Source of the DNA: an uncultured delta proteobacterium
GTDB lineage: Bacteria; Myxococcota_A; UBA9160; SMWR01
Length of the DNA: 64,000 nucleotides
Reading direction: 5' to 3'
Assembly (NCBI GenBank): GCA_963832165.1
Contig: CAWHTE010000007.1
Location: 416,001-480,000 of the forward strand
Part shown: one piece after another, positions 36,409 through 47,672 of the stretch
How the letters are laid out: each line of letters opens with the position of its first letter
Position numbering within the stretch: the stretch's first letter is position 1
The notes under the pieces: model-generated
The model's database searches: none
Seen by the model: only the letters and a program-made list of their open reading frames with translations
Told to the model about the DNA's origin: nothing
Position numbers and translations under genes: made by a program

Positions 36409-36464
36409 GGACAAAGGCGTCCACTGGGTGCGCGACCTCGCGGCCCTCGTTCGGACGCCTTTTT
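36409..36464 (+). promoter_or_regulatory. ANTAR-type leader of nrtA
   Basis: GGACAAAGGCGTCC hairpin overlapping terminator arm GGACGCCTTTTT. Confidence 0.75.
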
Positions 36465-36497
36465 CGTTGACGACGTCTTGCACAGGAGGAGCGCACG

Positions 36498-37835
36498 ATG
36501 AAATCCGCGCCGGCCGCTTCGGCCGACGACGCTCCGAGCGCAGGCATCAGCCGCCGCGAGCTGCTCACGGGCGCCGCGAAGGTCGCGGGCGCCGCCGCTC
36601 TGCTCTCGGCGGTGCGCAGCGCGTTTCCGTCGGGTGTATGGGCCGCCACGACCGACACCCCCGAGACGAAGCGCGCTCAGCTCGGCTTCATCGCGCTCAC
36701 CGATAGCTCGCCGCTGATCATCGCCAAGGAGAAGGGGCTCTTCGCCAAGTACGGGATGCCCGACGTCGAGGTGCTGAAGCAGGCGTCGTGGGGCACCACG
36801 CGCGACAACCTCGAGCTGGGTTCGGCCGCGGGCGGGATCGACGGCGCACACATCCTCACGCCGATGCCCTACCTGATCAGCACGGGCAAGGTCACCAAGA
36901 ACAACGTCCGTGTGCCGATGTACATCCTGGCCCGCCTGAACACGAACGGGCAGTGCATCTCGGTGGCCAAGCGCTATCTCGACCTGAAGGTCGGCACCGA
37001 CGCGAGTCCGCTCGAGCAGGCCTTCGCCGCGCGCATCGCCGGCGGCAAGCCCGTGAAGGTCGCGGTCACGTTCCCGGGCGGCACGCACGATCTGTGGATG
37101 CGCTACTGGCTCGCTGCGGGCGGCATCGATCCGGACAAGGACGTATCGACGATCGTCGTCCCGCCGCCGCAGATGGTGGCGAACATGAAGGTCGACACGA
37201 TGGAGGCGTTCTGCGTCGGCGAGCCGTGGCCGGCCCAGCTCGTGAACCAGAAGATCGGCTACACGGCGCTCACGACGGGCGAGCTCTGGAAGGACCATCC
37301 CGAGAAGAGCTTCGCGATGCGCGCCGACTGGGTGGACGCGCATCCGAAGGCCGCGGTGGCGCTGCTCTCCGCGGTGCAGGAGGCCGCGCAGTGGTGCGAC
37401 CTCGACGCGAACAAGCAGGAGATGTGCGAGATCGTCGCGAAGCGCGAGTGGTTCAAGGTTCCCGTCGCGGACATCGCCGGCCGCGCGCAGGGACGCATCG
37501 ACTACGGCACGGGCAAGGTCGTCGAGAGCAGCCCGTTCCTCATGAAGTTCTGGAGGGATCACGCCTCCTATCCGTTCCGGAGCCACGAGCTCTGGTTCCT
37601 GACCGAGGACCAGCGCTGGCGCCACCTGCCGGCCGATCTCGACACCAAGGCTTTGATCGCGAAGGTCAACCGCGAAGACCTCTGGCGCGAAGCGGCCAAG
37701 GCGATCGGCGTACCGGCCGACCAGATCCCGGCCTCTCCCTCGCGCGGGAAAGAGACCTTCTTCGACGGGAAGGTCTTCGATCCCGAGAATCCGGCCGCCT
37801 ACCTCGCCAGTCTGGCGATCAAGCGTGTGGGTTAG
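36498..37835 (+). CDS. nrtA: Nitrate ABC transporter substrate-binding protein (Tat-exported)
   Basis: SRRELL; LGFIALTD, GGTHDLW, CVGEPW, WKDHPEK. Confidence 0.92.
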   Translation: MKSAPAASADDAPSAGISRRELLTGAAKVAGAAALLSAVRSAFPSGVWAATTDTPETKRAQLGFIALTDSSPLIIAKEKGLFAKYGMPDVEVLKQASWGTTRDNLELGSAAGGIDGAHILTPMPYLISTGKVTKNNVRVPMYILARLNTNGQCISVAKRYLDLKVGTDASPLEQAFAARIAGGKPVKVAVTFPGGTHDLWMRYWLAAGGIDPDKDVSTIVVPPPQMVANMKVDTMEAFCVGEPWPAQLVNQKIGYTALTTGELWKDHPEKSFAMRADWVDAHPKAAVALLSAVQEAAQWCDLDANKQEMCEIVAKREWFKVPVADIAGRAQGRIDYGTGKVVESSPFLMKFWRDHASYPFRSHELWFLTEDQRWRHLPADLDTKALIAKVNREDLWREAAKAIGVPADQIPASPSRGKETFFDGKVFDPENPAAYLASLAIKRVG

Positions 37836-37838
37836 TCG

Positions 37839-38706
37839 ATGAGCGAGCGCGTGACGACGATGATCGAGATGCCGGGGCGGGCGGACGGAACCAACTCGTC
37901 CGAGCGGATCCAGGCGGCGCTGCGCGATCTCGGGGAGTCGCTGCGGAATGCGCTGCCCGCGGTGGTCGCGCTGGGCCTCCTGCTCGGGCTCTGGGAGTTT
38001 GCGTGTCGGGGCGTCGGCGCCGCACTGCCGCCGCCTTCGCAGGTGGTCGCGGAGACCTGGGAGCTGATCTCCGATCCGTTCTTCGACCACGGCGGCGTCG
38101 ACAAGGGCCTGTTCTGGCACCTCGCCGCCAGCTTGAAGCGCGTGGCGCTCGGCTTCTCGCTCGCGGCCGCGGTCGGTATCGCGCTCGGCGTGCTGATCGG
38201 CCAGTCGACGCTCGCCTATCGCGGGCTCGATCCGATCTTCCAGGTGCTGCGCACCGTGCCGCCGCTCGCGTGGCTGCCGATCTCGCTCGCCGCGTTCCAG
38301 CAGGCCGATCCCTCGGCGATCTTCGTCATCTTCATCACGGCGATCTGGCCGATCATCCTGAACACCGCGGTCGGGATCCGCGAGATCCCAGAGGACTACG
38401 TGAACGTCGCGCGCGTGCTGCGCCTGTCGCCGCTCGAGTATTTCTTCAAGATCATGCTGCCCGCGACGGTTCCCTACATGTTCACGGGCCTCAAGATCGG
38501 GATCGGCTTGTCGTGGCTCGCGATCATCGCGGCCGAGATGCTGGTCGGCGGCGTGGGCATCGGCTTCTTCATCTGGGATGCCTGGAACAGCTCGCTCATG
38601 AGCGAGATCATCCTCGCGCTCGATCTACGTCGGCATCGTCGGCTTCCTGCTCGACCGCATGATCTCGCTCCTGGGCGCGCGCGTGAGCGGCCGGCAGCGC
38701 AGCTGA
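37839..38706 (+). CDS. nrtB: Nitrate ABC transporter permease; apparent +1 frameshift near 38622
   Basis: LRTVPPLAWLP, IIAAEML; removing one G restores IYVGIVGFLLDR...stop at 38706. Confidence 0.88.
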
Positions 38707-38717
38707 AGGAGCCGCCC

Positions 38718-39521
38718 GTGACCACGCCCTACCTCTCGCTCGAGTCGGTCGCGATGTACTTCGACATGGGATCGAAGCTCCACTGCGCCGTGCGCGACGT
38801 GGACCTCAAGATCGAGAAGGGCGAGTTCGTCACGATCATCGGCCACTCGGGCTGCGGCAAGTCGACGCTCCTGAACATCATCGCAGGGCTCGCCGCCTGC
38901 ACCTCGGGCGGTGTGATCCTCGATGGCCGCGAGGTGGACGGGCCCGGCCCCGACCGCGCGGTCGTGTTCCAGAACCACTCGCTGCTGCCGTGGCTCACCG
39001 CCTACGAGAACGTGCGGCTCGCGGTCGACAAGGTGTTCCGCAGCCGCAAGTCGGCCGCGGAGCGCCACGAGTGGACCCAGCACAACCTGCGGCTCGTGCA
39101 CATGGAAGAGAACGCGCACAAACGGCCCAGCGAGCTCTCGGGCGGCATGAAGCAGCGCGTCGGCATCGCGCGCGCGCTCGCGATGGAGCCCAAGGTTCTG
39201 CTCATGGACGAGCCGTTCGGCGCGCTCGACGCGCTCACGCGCGCGAACCTCCAGGACACGCTCATGGAGATCCACGCGCGCCTCGGGAACACCGTCATCA
39301 CGATCACGCACGACGTCGACGAGGCCGTGCTGCTCGCCGATCGCGTCGTGATGATGACCAACGGCCCGGCCGCGACGATCGGCCAGGTGCTGGCGGTCGA
39401 CCTGCCGCGCCCGCGCCGGCGGCTCGAGCTGACCGAAGACCCGACCTACGTCCACGCGCGCGCCGAGCTCTTGCGCTTCCTGTATCAGCGCACCTCCCCC
39501 GCCGCCGCCGACGCGGCCTGA
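38718..39521 (+). CDS. nrtC: Nitrate ABC transporter ATP-binding protein
   Basis: GHSGCGKST, LSGGMKQR, DEPFGALDALTR; AAGGAG RBS before GTG. Confidence 0.9.
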   Translation: MTTPYLSLESVAMYFDMGSKLHCAVRDVDLKIEKGEFVTIIGHSGCGKSTLLNIIAGLAACTSGGVILDGREVDGPGPDRAVVFQNHSLLPWLTAYENVRLAVDKVFRSRKSAAERHEWTQHNLRLVHMEENAHKRPSELSGGMKQRVGIARALAMEPKVLLMDEPFGALDALTRANLQDTLMEIHARLGNTVITITHDVDEAVLLADRVVMMTNGPAATIGQVLAVDLPRPRRRLELTEDPTYVHARAELLRFLYQRTSPAAADAA

Positions 39522-39622
39522 GACCAGTCCGAAGCGCCTGGGCGAGCTCCGCCCGGGGCCCGATTGCAGGCTTGTTTCGCCCTAGCGCTGCGAAGTAACC
39601 TCGCAAAGGGAGAAACGACCGC

Positions 39623-40624
39623 TTGCGCACGTCCGTTCCCGCGATCGTCACCGCGGGTGACCGCAAGGCCTCCCGAGCGATCTACGGGGATAGCAAGGCC
39701 TATCTCGTGATCGCCGGGCGCCCGCTCGTCGCCCACGTCGTCACCACGCTCCAGGCCGTGCCCGAGGTCTCCGAGGTGTGGGTGGTCGGCAACTCCGAGC
39801 GCCTCGAGCAGGCGCTCGGCGACCCCGCGCTGCGCGCCGCGCTGCGCAAGCCGCTCCACGTCATTCCGCAGTTCCGGAGCCTCTACGAGAACGGCTGGGA
39901 GACCTATCGCCGCGCACTGCCCGGCGCGCCGGACGACGGCCGCGACCCGACGCCCGAGGACGGCCCCGCGCTGTTCCTGTCCACCGATCTCCCGTTCGCG
40001 ACGCCGCACGAGATCTCCGAGTTCATCCGGCGCTCGATCGCGACCGGCGCGGACTACGCGGTGGGTCTCGTGACCGAACAGTCGATGCGCGCGTTCTACC
40101 CGGAAGCGCCCGGAAAGGGCGGCATCCACATGGCCTACTTCAATCTGCGCGAGGGCCGCTTCCGCCAGAGCAATCTTCATCTGATCCGGCCCGGCCGCGT
40201 GATGAACCGCTACTACGTCGAGGAGCTGTACGAGCACCGACACCAGCGCGAGCCCTGGCAGATCGTCGGGCTTGCCTGGCGGCTGATGCGCAGCGAGCGC
40301 GGAGGCTTGGCCGTGCTCTGGTATTACGGCCTCATGCACGTAGCGGGCTTCCTCGACCGCCGCGGAAGGGCTTGGGTCGCCGATCACGTGCGGCGCTGGA
40401 TTCCGCTCGCGCGGATCGAGCGCGGCTGCTCGTCGCTGTTGCGCGGCGACTTCCAGTTCGTGATCACCGAGGGCGGCGGCTGCGCGGTCGACATCGACAA
40501 CGAGCACGACTACGACGTCGCCGCGCTGCGCTACGAGGAATGGCGCAAGGAACAGCTCGCGCGCGTGGAGCAGCTCTATCCGCTGCCAATCCCCGCCTCG
40601 ACGGCGTCGGAGTCGCGCGGGTGA
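39623..40624 (+). CDS. MobA-like nucleotidyltransferase family protein
   Basis: TAGDR......SKAYL.IAGRPL; STDLPF; DIDNE. Confidence 0.7.
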   Translation: MRTSVPAIVTAGDRKASRAIYGDSKAYLVIAGRPLVAHVVTTLQAVPEVSEVWVVGNSERLEQALGDPALRAALRKPLHVIPQFRSLYENGWETYRRALPGAPDDGRDPTPEDGPALFLSTDLPFATPHEISEFIRRSIATGADYAVGLVTEQSMRAFYPEAPGKGGIHMAYFNLREGRFRQSNLHLIRPGRVMNRYYVEELYEHRHQREPWQIVGLAWRLMRSERGGLAVLWYYGLMHVAGFLDRRGRAWVADHVRRWIPLARIERGCSSLLRGDFQFVITEGGGCAVDIDNEHDYDVAALRYEEWRKEQLARVEQLYPLPIPASTASESRG

Positions 40625-41619
40625 GCGATGCTGCGGCTTGCGCGGCGCGGATCCGCCGCGGCGCCGGATGGTTCGCGCTGCCCGATCGCGGTCTGCTCCA
40701 GGTGCGCGGCGCCGACCGCGTGCGCTGGACCAACGGAATGGTCTCGAACGACGTGACCGGTCTCGCACCCGGTGCCGAACGCTCTGGCTGCCACGCACTG
40801 CTGCTCACGGCCCAGGGTCGGATCGTCGCCGACCTGCACGTGCTAGCGCGCGAGCAGGAGCTCTGGCTCGAGCTCGCGCGCGACGTGCTGCCGGACGTAC
40901 AGAAGCGCCTCGAGCGCTATGTGATCTCCGACGACGTCGCGCTGTCCGACGCGAGCGACCATTGGCGTCGCTTCGCACTCGAGGGTCCGAGCGCGCCGGC
41001 GCTGCTCGCGCGCGTGGCCGCCGCGCCGATCGATCTCGCGCCCGACAGCGGCGTCGAGCTGTCGATCGCGGGAGCTCCCGTAGTCGCGAGCGCGTGGGGA
41101 TGGAGCGGCGAGGCGGCCTATCAGCTCTTCGTGCCCGCAGCCGCCGCCGATGTCGTCGCGAATGCATTCGCGGCCGCGGGGGAGGGCCTCGAGAAAGCCG
41201 GTGCCGACGTGCTCGAGGTGCTCCGGATCGAAGCGGGCACACCGCAGCAGGGCGCCGAGCTCGGCGAGGACGTTCTGCCCGCCGAGACGGGCCTGATCGG
41301 TCGCGCCGTGAGCTTGTCGAAGGGCTGCTACACGGGCCAGGAGATCGTCGCACGCATGCAGTCGCGCGGCAGCGCGAGTCATCGGCTCGTGGGGCTTCGC
41401 TTTGACGGGGACGTCGATGCGCTCCCGCCGCGCGGCGCACCCGTGCTCGCCGCAGGCCAGACCGTCGGCAGCGTCACCAGCGCGTGTCGCTCCGAGCTCG
41501 CCGGCGCGATCGCGCTCGGCTACGTGCGGAGCGCGCACGCCGAGGCCGGTACCGAGGTGGCGGTCGGCACGGCGCGCGCGCGGGTCGCCACGCTTCCGTT
41601 CGTGCAAGGCCGCGTATAG
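40621..41619 (+). CDS. ygfZ: Folate-binding YgfZ/GcvT family protein
   Basis: KGCYTGQE motif; G.DR..W.NG.VSNDV. Confidence 0.85.
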   Translation: MSDAAACAARIRRGAGWFALPDRGLLQVRGADRVRWTNGMVSNDVTGLAPGAERSGCHALLLTAQGRIVADLHVLAREQELWLELARDVLPDVQKRLERYVISDDVALSDASDHWRRFALEGPSAPALLARVAAAPIDLAPDSGVELSIAGAPVVASAWGWSGEAAYQLFVPAAAADVVANAFAAAGEGLEKAGADVLEVLRIEAGTPQQGAELGEDVLPAETGLIGRAVSLSKGCYTGQEIVARMQSRGSASHRLVGLRFDGDVDALPPRGAPVLAAGQTVGSVTSACRSELAGAIALGYVRSAHAEAGTEVAVGTARARVATLPFVQGRV

Positions 41620-41652
41620 GTGGGCGAACGAAGCGGATAAGGTGGATGGGCA

Positions 41653-42381
41653 TTGACCGATCGCGTCGTCGTCGTGTTCGCGAAGCGACCCGCGCCCGGC
41701 GCGGTGAAGACGCGCATGTGTCCGCCGCTCTCGCCCGAGCAAGCCGCGCAGCTCTACGCAGCGATGCTCGACGACGTGCTCGCCACCACCGCGGTCGCCG
41801 CCGCCGCTGCGAGAGCGCAGACGTGGCTCGCGGTGGATCCGCCCGACGCGATCGCCGAGCTGCTCTCGCGCTGTCCGCCCGGATTTCGCGGGCATGCGCA
41901 GTGCGGACCGGATCTCTCCGCACGCATGGAGCACGCGGTCGCGAGTGCGGCCGCCGCGGGATTCGATCGGATCCTCTTGCGCGGCAGCGACAACCCCGCA
42001 CTGCCGAGTGCGGCGCTCGGCGAAGGGCTCGCCGCGCTCGACGACGTCGACCTCGCCGTCGGACCCGACAGCGACGGTGGCTACGGCTGGATCGCGCTGC
42101 GCTGCGCGGCGCCGGGCCTGTTCGACCACCCGATGAGCACGGCATCGGTGCTCACGGACACCCTCGCGCGCGCCGCGGCACGCGGACTGCGCGTGCGCAC
42201 GCTCGCTCCCCACTTCGACCTGGACACCGTCGAGGACCTCGCCCGGCTCGCAGCGGCGCGCGCGCGCGGCGAGACGCGCGAGTGTCCGCGCACGCTCGCA
42301 CTGCTCGACGAGCTCGCGCTCTGGCCTAGCGAGGAGCATGCGGAAGCCCAGAATCTCGGCAGGGATTTGCCTTCGATCTGA
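41653..42381 (+). CDS. DUF2064/TIGR04282-type glycosyltransferase-like (CofC-like) protein
   Basis: FAKRP.PG.VKTR, GSDNP, GPDSDGGY, DLDTVEDL. Confidence 0.8.
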   Translation: MTDRVVVVFAKRPAPGAVKTRMCPPLSPEQAAQLYAAMLDDVLATTAVAAAAARAQTWLAVDPPDAIAELLSRCPPGFRGHAQCGPDLSARMEHAVASAAAAGFDRILLRGSDNPALPSAALGEGLAALDDVDLAVGPDSDGGYGWIALRCAAPGLFDHPMSTASVLTDTLARAAARGLRVRTLAPHFDLDTVEDLARLAAARARGETRECPRTLALLDELALWPSEEHAEAQNLGRDLPSI

Positions 42382-42431
42382 GCAACCCGGGCCGACCTGG
42401 GCCGGGGTAGGCTCATCGGAGCGCCCTCGCG

Positions 42432-42447
42432 CGGCACGCGGTTTGCT
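42432..42447 (+). promoter_or_regulatory. Sigma-54 promoter of glnB-glnA
   Basis: CGGCACGCGGTTTGCT. Confidence 0.7.
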
Positions 42448-42510
42448 TTGGTGTGCTCCGTCCCCCCGACCGGATTATTCCCATGCCGACGGGCTGGTGG
42501 GGTACCTTGA

Positions 42511-42915
<405 letters not shown>

Positions 42916-43013
42916 TCGGGCCGGGCCCCTCTGGTTAAAGTCAGTCCCCTGCCCCGGCGTGCGCCGGCGCGGGTATCGAACCCCCAGCTACGAGAATTGC
43001 GAGGAAGTTTCGG

Positions 43014-44429
43014 ATGAACGCCAAAGAGGTGCTCGAGTTCGCCAAGAAGAACAACGTGAAGATCGTCGATCTGCGCTTCACGGATTTCCCGGGTCAGTGG
43101 CAGCACTGCTCGTATCCGATCAGCGAGGTCGACGAGGGCACGTTCGAAGACGGTATGGGCTTCGACGGATCTTCGATCCGCGGTTGGCAGGCGATCAACG
43201 AGAGCGACATGTTGATGGTCCCGGATCCCGAGACCGCGTTCATCGATCCGTTCTTCGATCATCCGACGCTGGTACTGATCTGCAACATCGAAGACCCGAT
43301 CACGCGCCAGCCCTACTCGCGTGACCCGCGCTGGATCGCGCGCAAGGCCGAGACCTACCTCAAGTCGACCGGCTTCGGCGACACCGCGTACTTCGGTCCC
43401 GAGGCGGAGTTCTTCATCTTCAGCGACGCGCGCTTCAGCACGGGCCCCGACCACGGCTTCTACAGCATCAACTCGGATGAGGGCGCTTGGAACACCGGCC
43501 GCGACGAGAGCGGCCGCAATCTCGCCTACAAGCCCCGGCACAAGGAGGGCTACTTCCCGGTCCCGCCGATCGACAGCCAGCAGGACATCCGCAGCGAGAT
43601 GGTGCTCACGATGGAGAAGATCGGCATCCAGGTCGAAGCGCACCACCACGAGGTGGCGACCGCGGGCCAGGCCGAGATCGACATGCGCTTCACGAGCCTC
43701 GTGAAGATGGCCGACCAGCTGCTCATGTACAAATACGTGGTGAAGAACGTCGCGCGCAAGAACGGCCTCACGGCGACGTTCATGCCGAAGCCGCTCTACG
43801 CCGACAACGGCTCGGGCATGCACGTCCACCAGTCGCTCTGGAAGGGCGGCAAGCCGCTCTTCGCAGGCGACGGTTATGCGGGCCTGTCGAAGATGGCCCT
43901 GCACTACATCGGCGGCGTGCTCAAGCACTCGCGCGCGATCGCGGCGATCACGAACCCGACGACGAACTCGTACAAGCGGCTCGTCCCGGGTTACGAGGCG
44001 CCCGTGAACCTCGCGCTGTCTTCGCGCAACCGCTCGGCGTCGTGCCGGATCCCGATGTACTCGCCGAGCCCGAAGGCCAAGCGCGTCGAGGTCCGCTACC
44101 CCGACCCCGCGTGCAACCCGTACCTCGCGTTCGCGGCGATGCTGATGGCTGGCATCGACGGGATCGAGAACAAGATCGATCCGGGACCGCCGCTCGACAA
44201 GAACATCTACGCCCTGTCGCCCGAGGAGCTCAAGGGCATCCCGACGATGCCCGGTCGCCTCGACGAGGCGCTCGACGAGCTCGAGGCGGATCACGACTTC
44301 CTGCTCAAGGGCGACGTGTTCACGGAGGACGTGCTGTCGACCTGGATCGAGTACAAGCGCACGGCCGAGGTCGACGCCGTGCGGATGCGGCCGCATCCGC
44401 ACGAGTTCGAGCTCTACTTCGACGTTTAG
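43014..44429 (+). CDS. glnA: Glutamine synthetase type I
   Basis: [31 protein letters not shown] adenylylation site. Confidence 0.98.
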   Translation: MNAKEVLEFAKKNNVKIVDLRFTDFPGQWQHCSYPISEVDEGTFEDGMGFDGSSIRGWQAINESDMLMVPDPETAFIDPFFDHPTLVLICNIEDPITRQPYSRDPRWIARKAETYLKSTGFGDTAYFGPEAEFFIFSDARFSTGPDHGFYSINSDEGAWNTGRDESGRNLAYKPRHKEGYFPVPPIDSQQDIRSEMVLTMEKIGIQVEAHHHEVATAGQAEIDMRFTSLVKMADQLLMYKYVVKNVARKNGLTATFMPKPLYADNGSGMHVHQSLWKGGKPLFAGDGYAGLSKMALHYIGGVLKHSRAIAAITNPTTNSYKRLVPGYEAPVNLALSSRNRSASCRIPMYSPSPKAKRVEVRYPDPACNPYLAFAAMLMAGIDGIENKIDPGPPLDKNIYALSPEELKGIPTMPGRLDEALDELEADHDFLLKGDVFTEDVLSTWIEYKRTAEVDAVRMRPHPHEFELYFDV

Positions 44430-44472
44430 TCGATGGCGTGACGCGAAGTCACGCGCACCGTCGATCGAATCA

Positions 44473-44512
44473 CGGACCCCGTCGGCAGCTCGCCGGCGGG
44501 GTCCGCTATATT
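44473..44512 (+). terminator. Probable terminator after glnA
   Basis: CGGACCCCGTCGGC-AGCTC-GCCGGCGGGGTCCG followed by CTATATTT. Confidence 0.6.
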
Positions 44513-44659
44513 TCGGCCGTCTAATAATGAGTTGAGGCCGCTGCACCCGACGGCCGCGAAGCGCGGCCGCAGGTGAGCGGCCTCCCCCATGAGAGCGATG
44601 CCAGCGCGGTACGACATCCAAGTCGCCTGCAGCGCGCATCGAGGACGAGGAGGGGCGCT

Positions 44660-44836
44660 GTGCAGACGAGAACCGAATGGACGTTGCGGTGGGAGAGCCT
44701 GCTCTCGAGCGTCGACTCGGAGCTCAGCGCGGCGCGCGAGGCCTTCGCGGGCCCCGGCACGGAGCCGATCCGGAAATGGCTCGGCTGGGCGCTCTACCGC
44801 CTCGCGACGCGGTTGAATCCGGAGATCCGCGACTAG
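44660..44836 (+). CDS. Small hypothetical protein (58 aa)
   Basis: GAGGAGG RBS before GTG; helical, non-shadow composition. Confidence 0.5.
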   Translation: MQTRTEWTLRWESLLSSVDSELSAAREAFAGPGTEPIRKWLGWALYRLATRLNPEIRD

Positions 44837-44851
44837 CAGCTCCCAACTCGG

Positions 44852-44868
44852 TTGGCCCGGGTCTTGCT
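44852..44868 (+). promoter_or_regulatory. Sigma-54 promoter
   Basis: TTGGCCCGGGTCTTGCT. Confidence 0.65.
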
Positions 44869-44893
44869 AACGCAAGCCTGCGGAGGCCGCGGG

Positions 44894-45524
<631 letters not shown>

Positions 45525-45615
45525 TCACCTGGGCCGCGCGCCGCCACGCGCGTATCCCCCCGCGCGAAGCGCAACGTCTCGGAGCGCGCGGCCCCTGGTG
45601 TGGCCGCACTCCAGC

Positions 45616-45631
45616 GCAACCTCCGTGCCAA
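45616..45631 (-). promoter_or_regulatory. Sigma-54 promoter of the second P-II
   Basis: TTGGCACGGAGGTTGC. Confidence 0.75.
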
Positions 45632-45928
45632 GCCGCGCGCAGCCCGGAGCGCGCTCGAAGTAGGCGGAACACGGCTGTCCTGCGCCGGAATCAGCGCGTT
45701 CGGGCCAGCCGAGTCGCAGCCCAGGTCTGCCGAGGATTGCCCAGACGCCGGGCAGGCCGCCTAGTGCGCGGGCAAGCGCGAATGCTGGCCAGCACGGCGG
45801 TTGCGAAGCCTAACGAGTTCGCGCGATTGGATCGGAGGTGGGGGGCTATGCCAACGCCAGAGAAGATCGCAGCGGAGATTCGCGAGAACGACACAGAACG
45901 GTGACGGAGCGTACGTGTGCTAGGCCGA

Positions 45929-45944
45929 TGTCAAAAATTTGACA
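45929..45944. promoter_or_regulatory. AT-rich palindromic operator candidate
   Basis: TGTCAAA-AA-TTTGACA. Confidence 0.5.
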
Positions 45945-46112
45945 CACAAAGTTTTCGCGAAGCGTTGCCAAGCCGATTGGATGTGCTTTTATCCGGCCCG
46001 TCCCCCCGCCAAGACCTGTTCCGTTCGCTCGCGCCCAGCGACCCCCGGGTTCCCGGGATGTTCGTCGGGTTGCGATGCATCGGAATAACAACGTGGTCTC
46101 AGGGAGGACACG

Positions 46113-47600
46113 ATGAGGTTGGGAACGAAGCTGGTCGGCCTTATGGTCACGAGCTCGCTCGTAGCCGGGCCGGCGTTTGCGAGCTCCGAGGTCGAGAACG
46201 AGCTCGCCGAAATGCGCGAGCTCGTGAAAGGGCTCGAGCAGAAGGTCGATGCTCAGCAGGAGCAGATGGAGCACCAGAGTGGGATGCTCGAGGACTCTCA
46301 GAAAGCCGTGCGGGATGTGCAGCAGGAGCAGGACGCCCTCTCGGGTGTCGGTGAGTTCTGGCAGGCGATCGATGTGAACATGAGCGTGGCCGGAAGCTAC
46401 GCCTACAACTTCCACAATCCGACGGGACCGACGAATCCGGGGTCGGGGAACTTCTCGAGCAACGGGAACCTGCAGAACACCGGCAATAGCGGCTTGTTCT
46501 ACCCGTTCCACCCGGACCACAACAGCTTCCAGGTCGACCAGGTGTGGTTCGACATCGGGAAGGAAGCCACGGCGGAGAGCCGCGCGGGATTCCACGCGAC
46601 GATTCTGTACGGCACGACGGCGGGCTTCCTGGGCCAGGGCGGGGACAGCACAGCAGTGGTCTCGACCGACCTTGATGGGGACGGGATCCCGGACGTGGGT
46701 CTGTCCGGTGGCGGATCTTCTTTCGCGGTAAGTGGTGGCACCCGCCGCAACAGTTTCGACTCGACGAGCGACTACTACGTGCACCAGGCGTATGTGAACT
46801 GGCTCGCACCGGTGGGCGAAGGCGTCAACTTCACGTTCGGTAAGTTCGCGACGCCGGTAGGCGCCGAGACGGCCGACGCGTCGAAGAACTGGGCGATCAC
46901 CCGCGGCAACGTCTACAACCTGCTCGAGCCGATCGATCACGTCGGCTTGATGGCGAGCACGGACGTGGGTCCGGTCACGCTCGGCGCCGGCGTCGTGAAC
47001 CAGATCAGCCTGGGCACGAGCTCGCCCGACGTGAACTCCGAGAAGAGCTATCTCGCCAAGGTCGGGTTCGGTACCGACATGTTCAGCTTCGCGACGACCG
47101 CGGCCTATGGCGCGGAGGGCCCCGCTAGCTCGTTTAGCACCGACACCAACGGGCAGAGGCTCGGGCTGCTCAACATGCTCGCGAACTTCAACAGCGACGC
47201 CTTCTCGGCCTACGTGAATGCGGACTATCTCTGGGTCGAGGGCGGGGCGCCGGCGGCGTGGGGCGTTTCGGTGGCGGGACACGTCCCGATCACCGAGGTG
47301 CTCTCGGCAGCGCTGCGGCTCGAGTACGTGCGCGACAAGTCGACGGGCGGCATCATCGACGCGCCCGCAACCGACTTCCTGCCGATCGGCACGATCTTCC
47401 GCCACGCGGAGATCTACGGCGCGACCGGTACGATCGCGTACGAGCTCGCCGAGAACCTCACGCTCAAGGGTGAGGTGCGCTGGGATCGCGTCGTCGAAGA
47501 CAACTTCAGCGGCGCGCTTCCGAACGAGTTCCTGACCAACACGGCCGGAGGCTCCAAGGACCAGACCGTGGGCCTGGCCCAGGTCGTCTACGCCTTCTAG
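46113..47600 (+). CDS. Outer-membrane beta-barrel porin (DUF1597/BBP2-like) with N-terminal coiled coil
   Basis: Signal peptide; coiled coil; QAYV...GKFATPVGAE; LRLEY; terminal YAF. Confidence 0.78.
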   Translation: MRLGTKLVGLMVTSSLVAGPAFASSEVENELAEMRELVKGLEQKVDAQQEQMEHQSGMLEDSQKAVRDVQQEQDALSGVGEFWQAIDVNMSVAGSYAYNFHNPTGPTNPGSGNFSSNGNLQNTGNSGLFYPFHPDHNSFQVDQVWFDIGKEATAESRAGFHATILYGTTAGFLGQGGDSTAVVSTDLDGDGIPDVGLSGGGSSFAVSGGTRRNSFDSTSDYYVHQAYVNWLAPVGEGVNFTFGKFATPVGAETADASKNWAITRGNVYNLLEPIDHVGLMASTDVGPVTLGAGVVNQISLGTSSPDVNSEKSYLAKVGFGTDMFSFATTAAYGAEGPASSFSTDTNGQRLGLLNMLANFNSDAFSAYVNADYLWVEGGAPAAWGVSVAGHVPITEVLSAALRLEYVRDKSTGGIIDAPATDFLPIGTIFRHAEIYGATGTIAYELAENLTLKGEVRWDRVVEDNFSGALPNEFLTNTAGGSKDQTVGLAQVVYAF

Positions 47601-47624
47601 TCCGAGCGACTGGATCTGAATCAG

Positions 47625-47660
47625 AGGGGCGCGGCACCCGCACGGGTGTCGCGCCCTTCG
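47625..47660 (+). terminator. Hairpin after the porin gene
   Basis: GGGGCGCGGCACCC-GCAC-GGGTGTCGCGCCCT. Confidence 0.55.
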
Positions 47661-47672
47661 CATTCCGGGCGG

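Noticed and set aside
37839..39521. Apparent 560-aa permease-ATPase fusion in the ORF track
   Set aside because: Caused by one extra base near 38622. The corrected permease ends at 38706 and the ATPase has its own RBS and GTG at 38718.
45786..45805. Sigma-54 promoter for the porin gene
   Set aside because: AGCACGGCGGTTGC lacks the invariant -24 GG.
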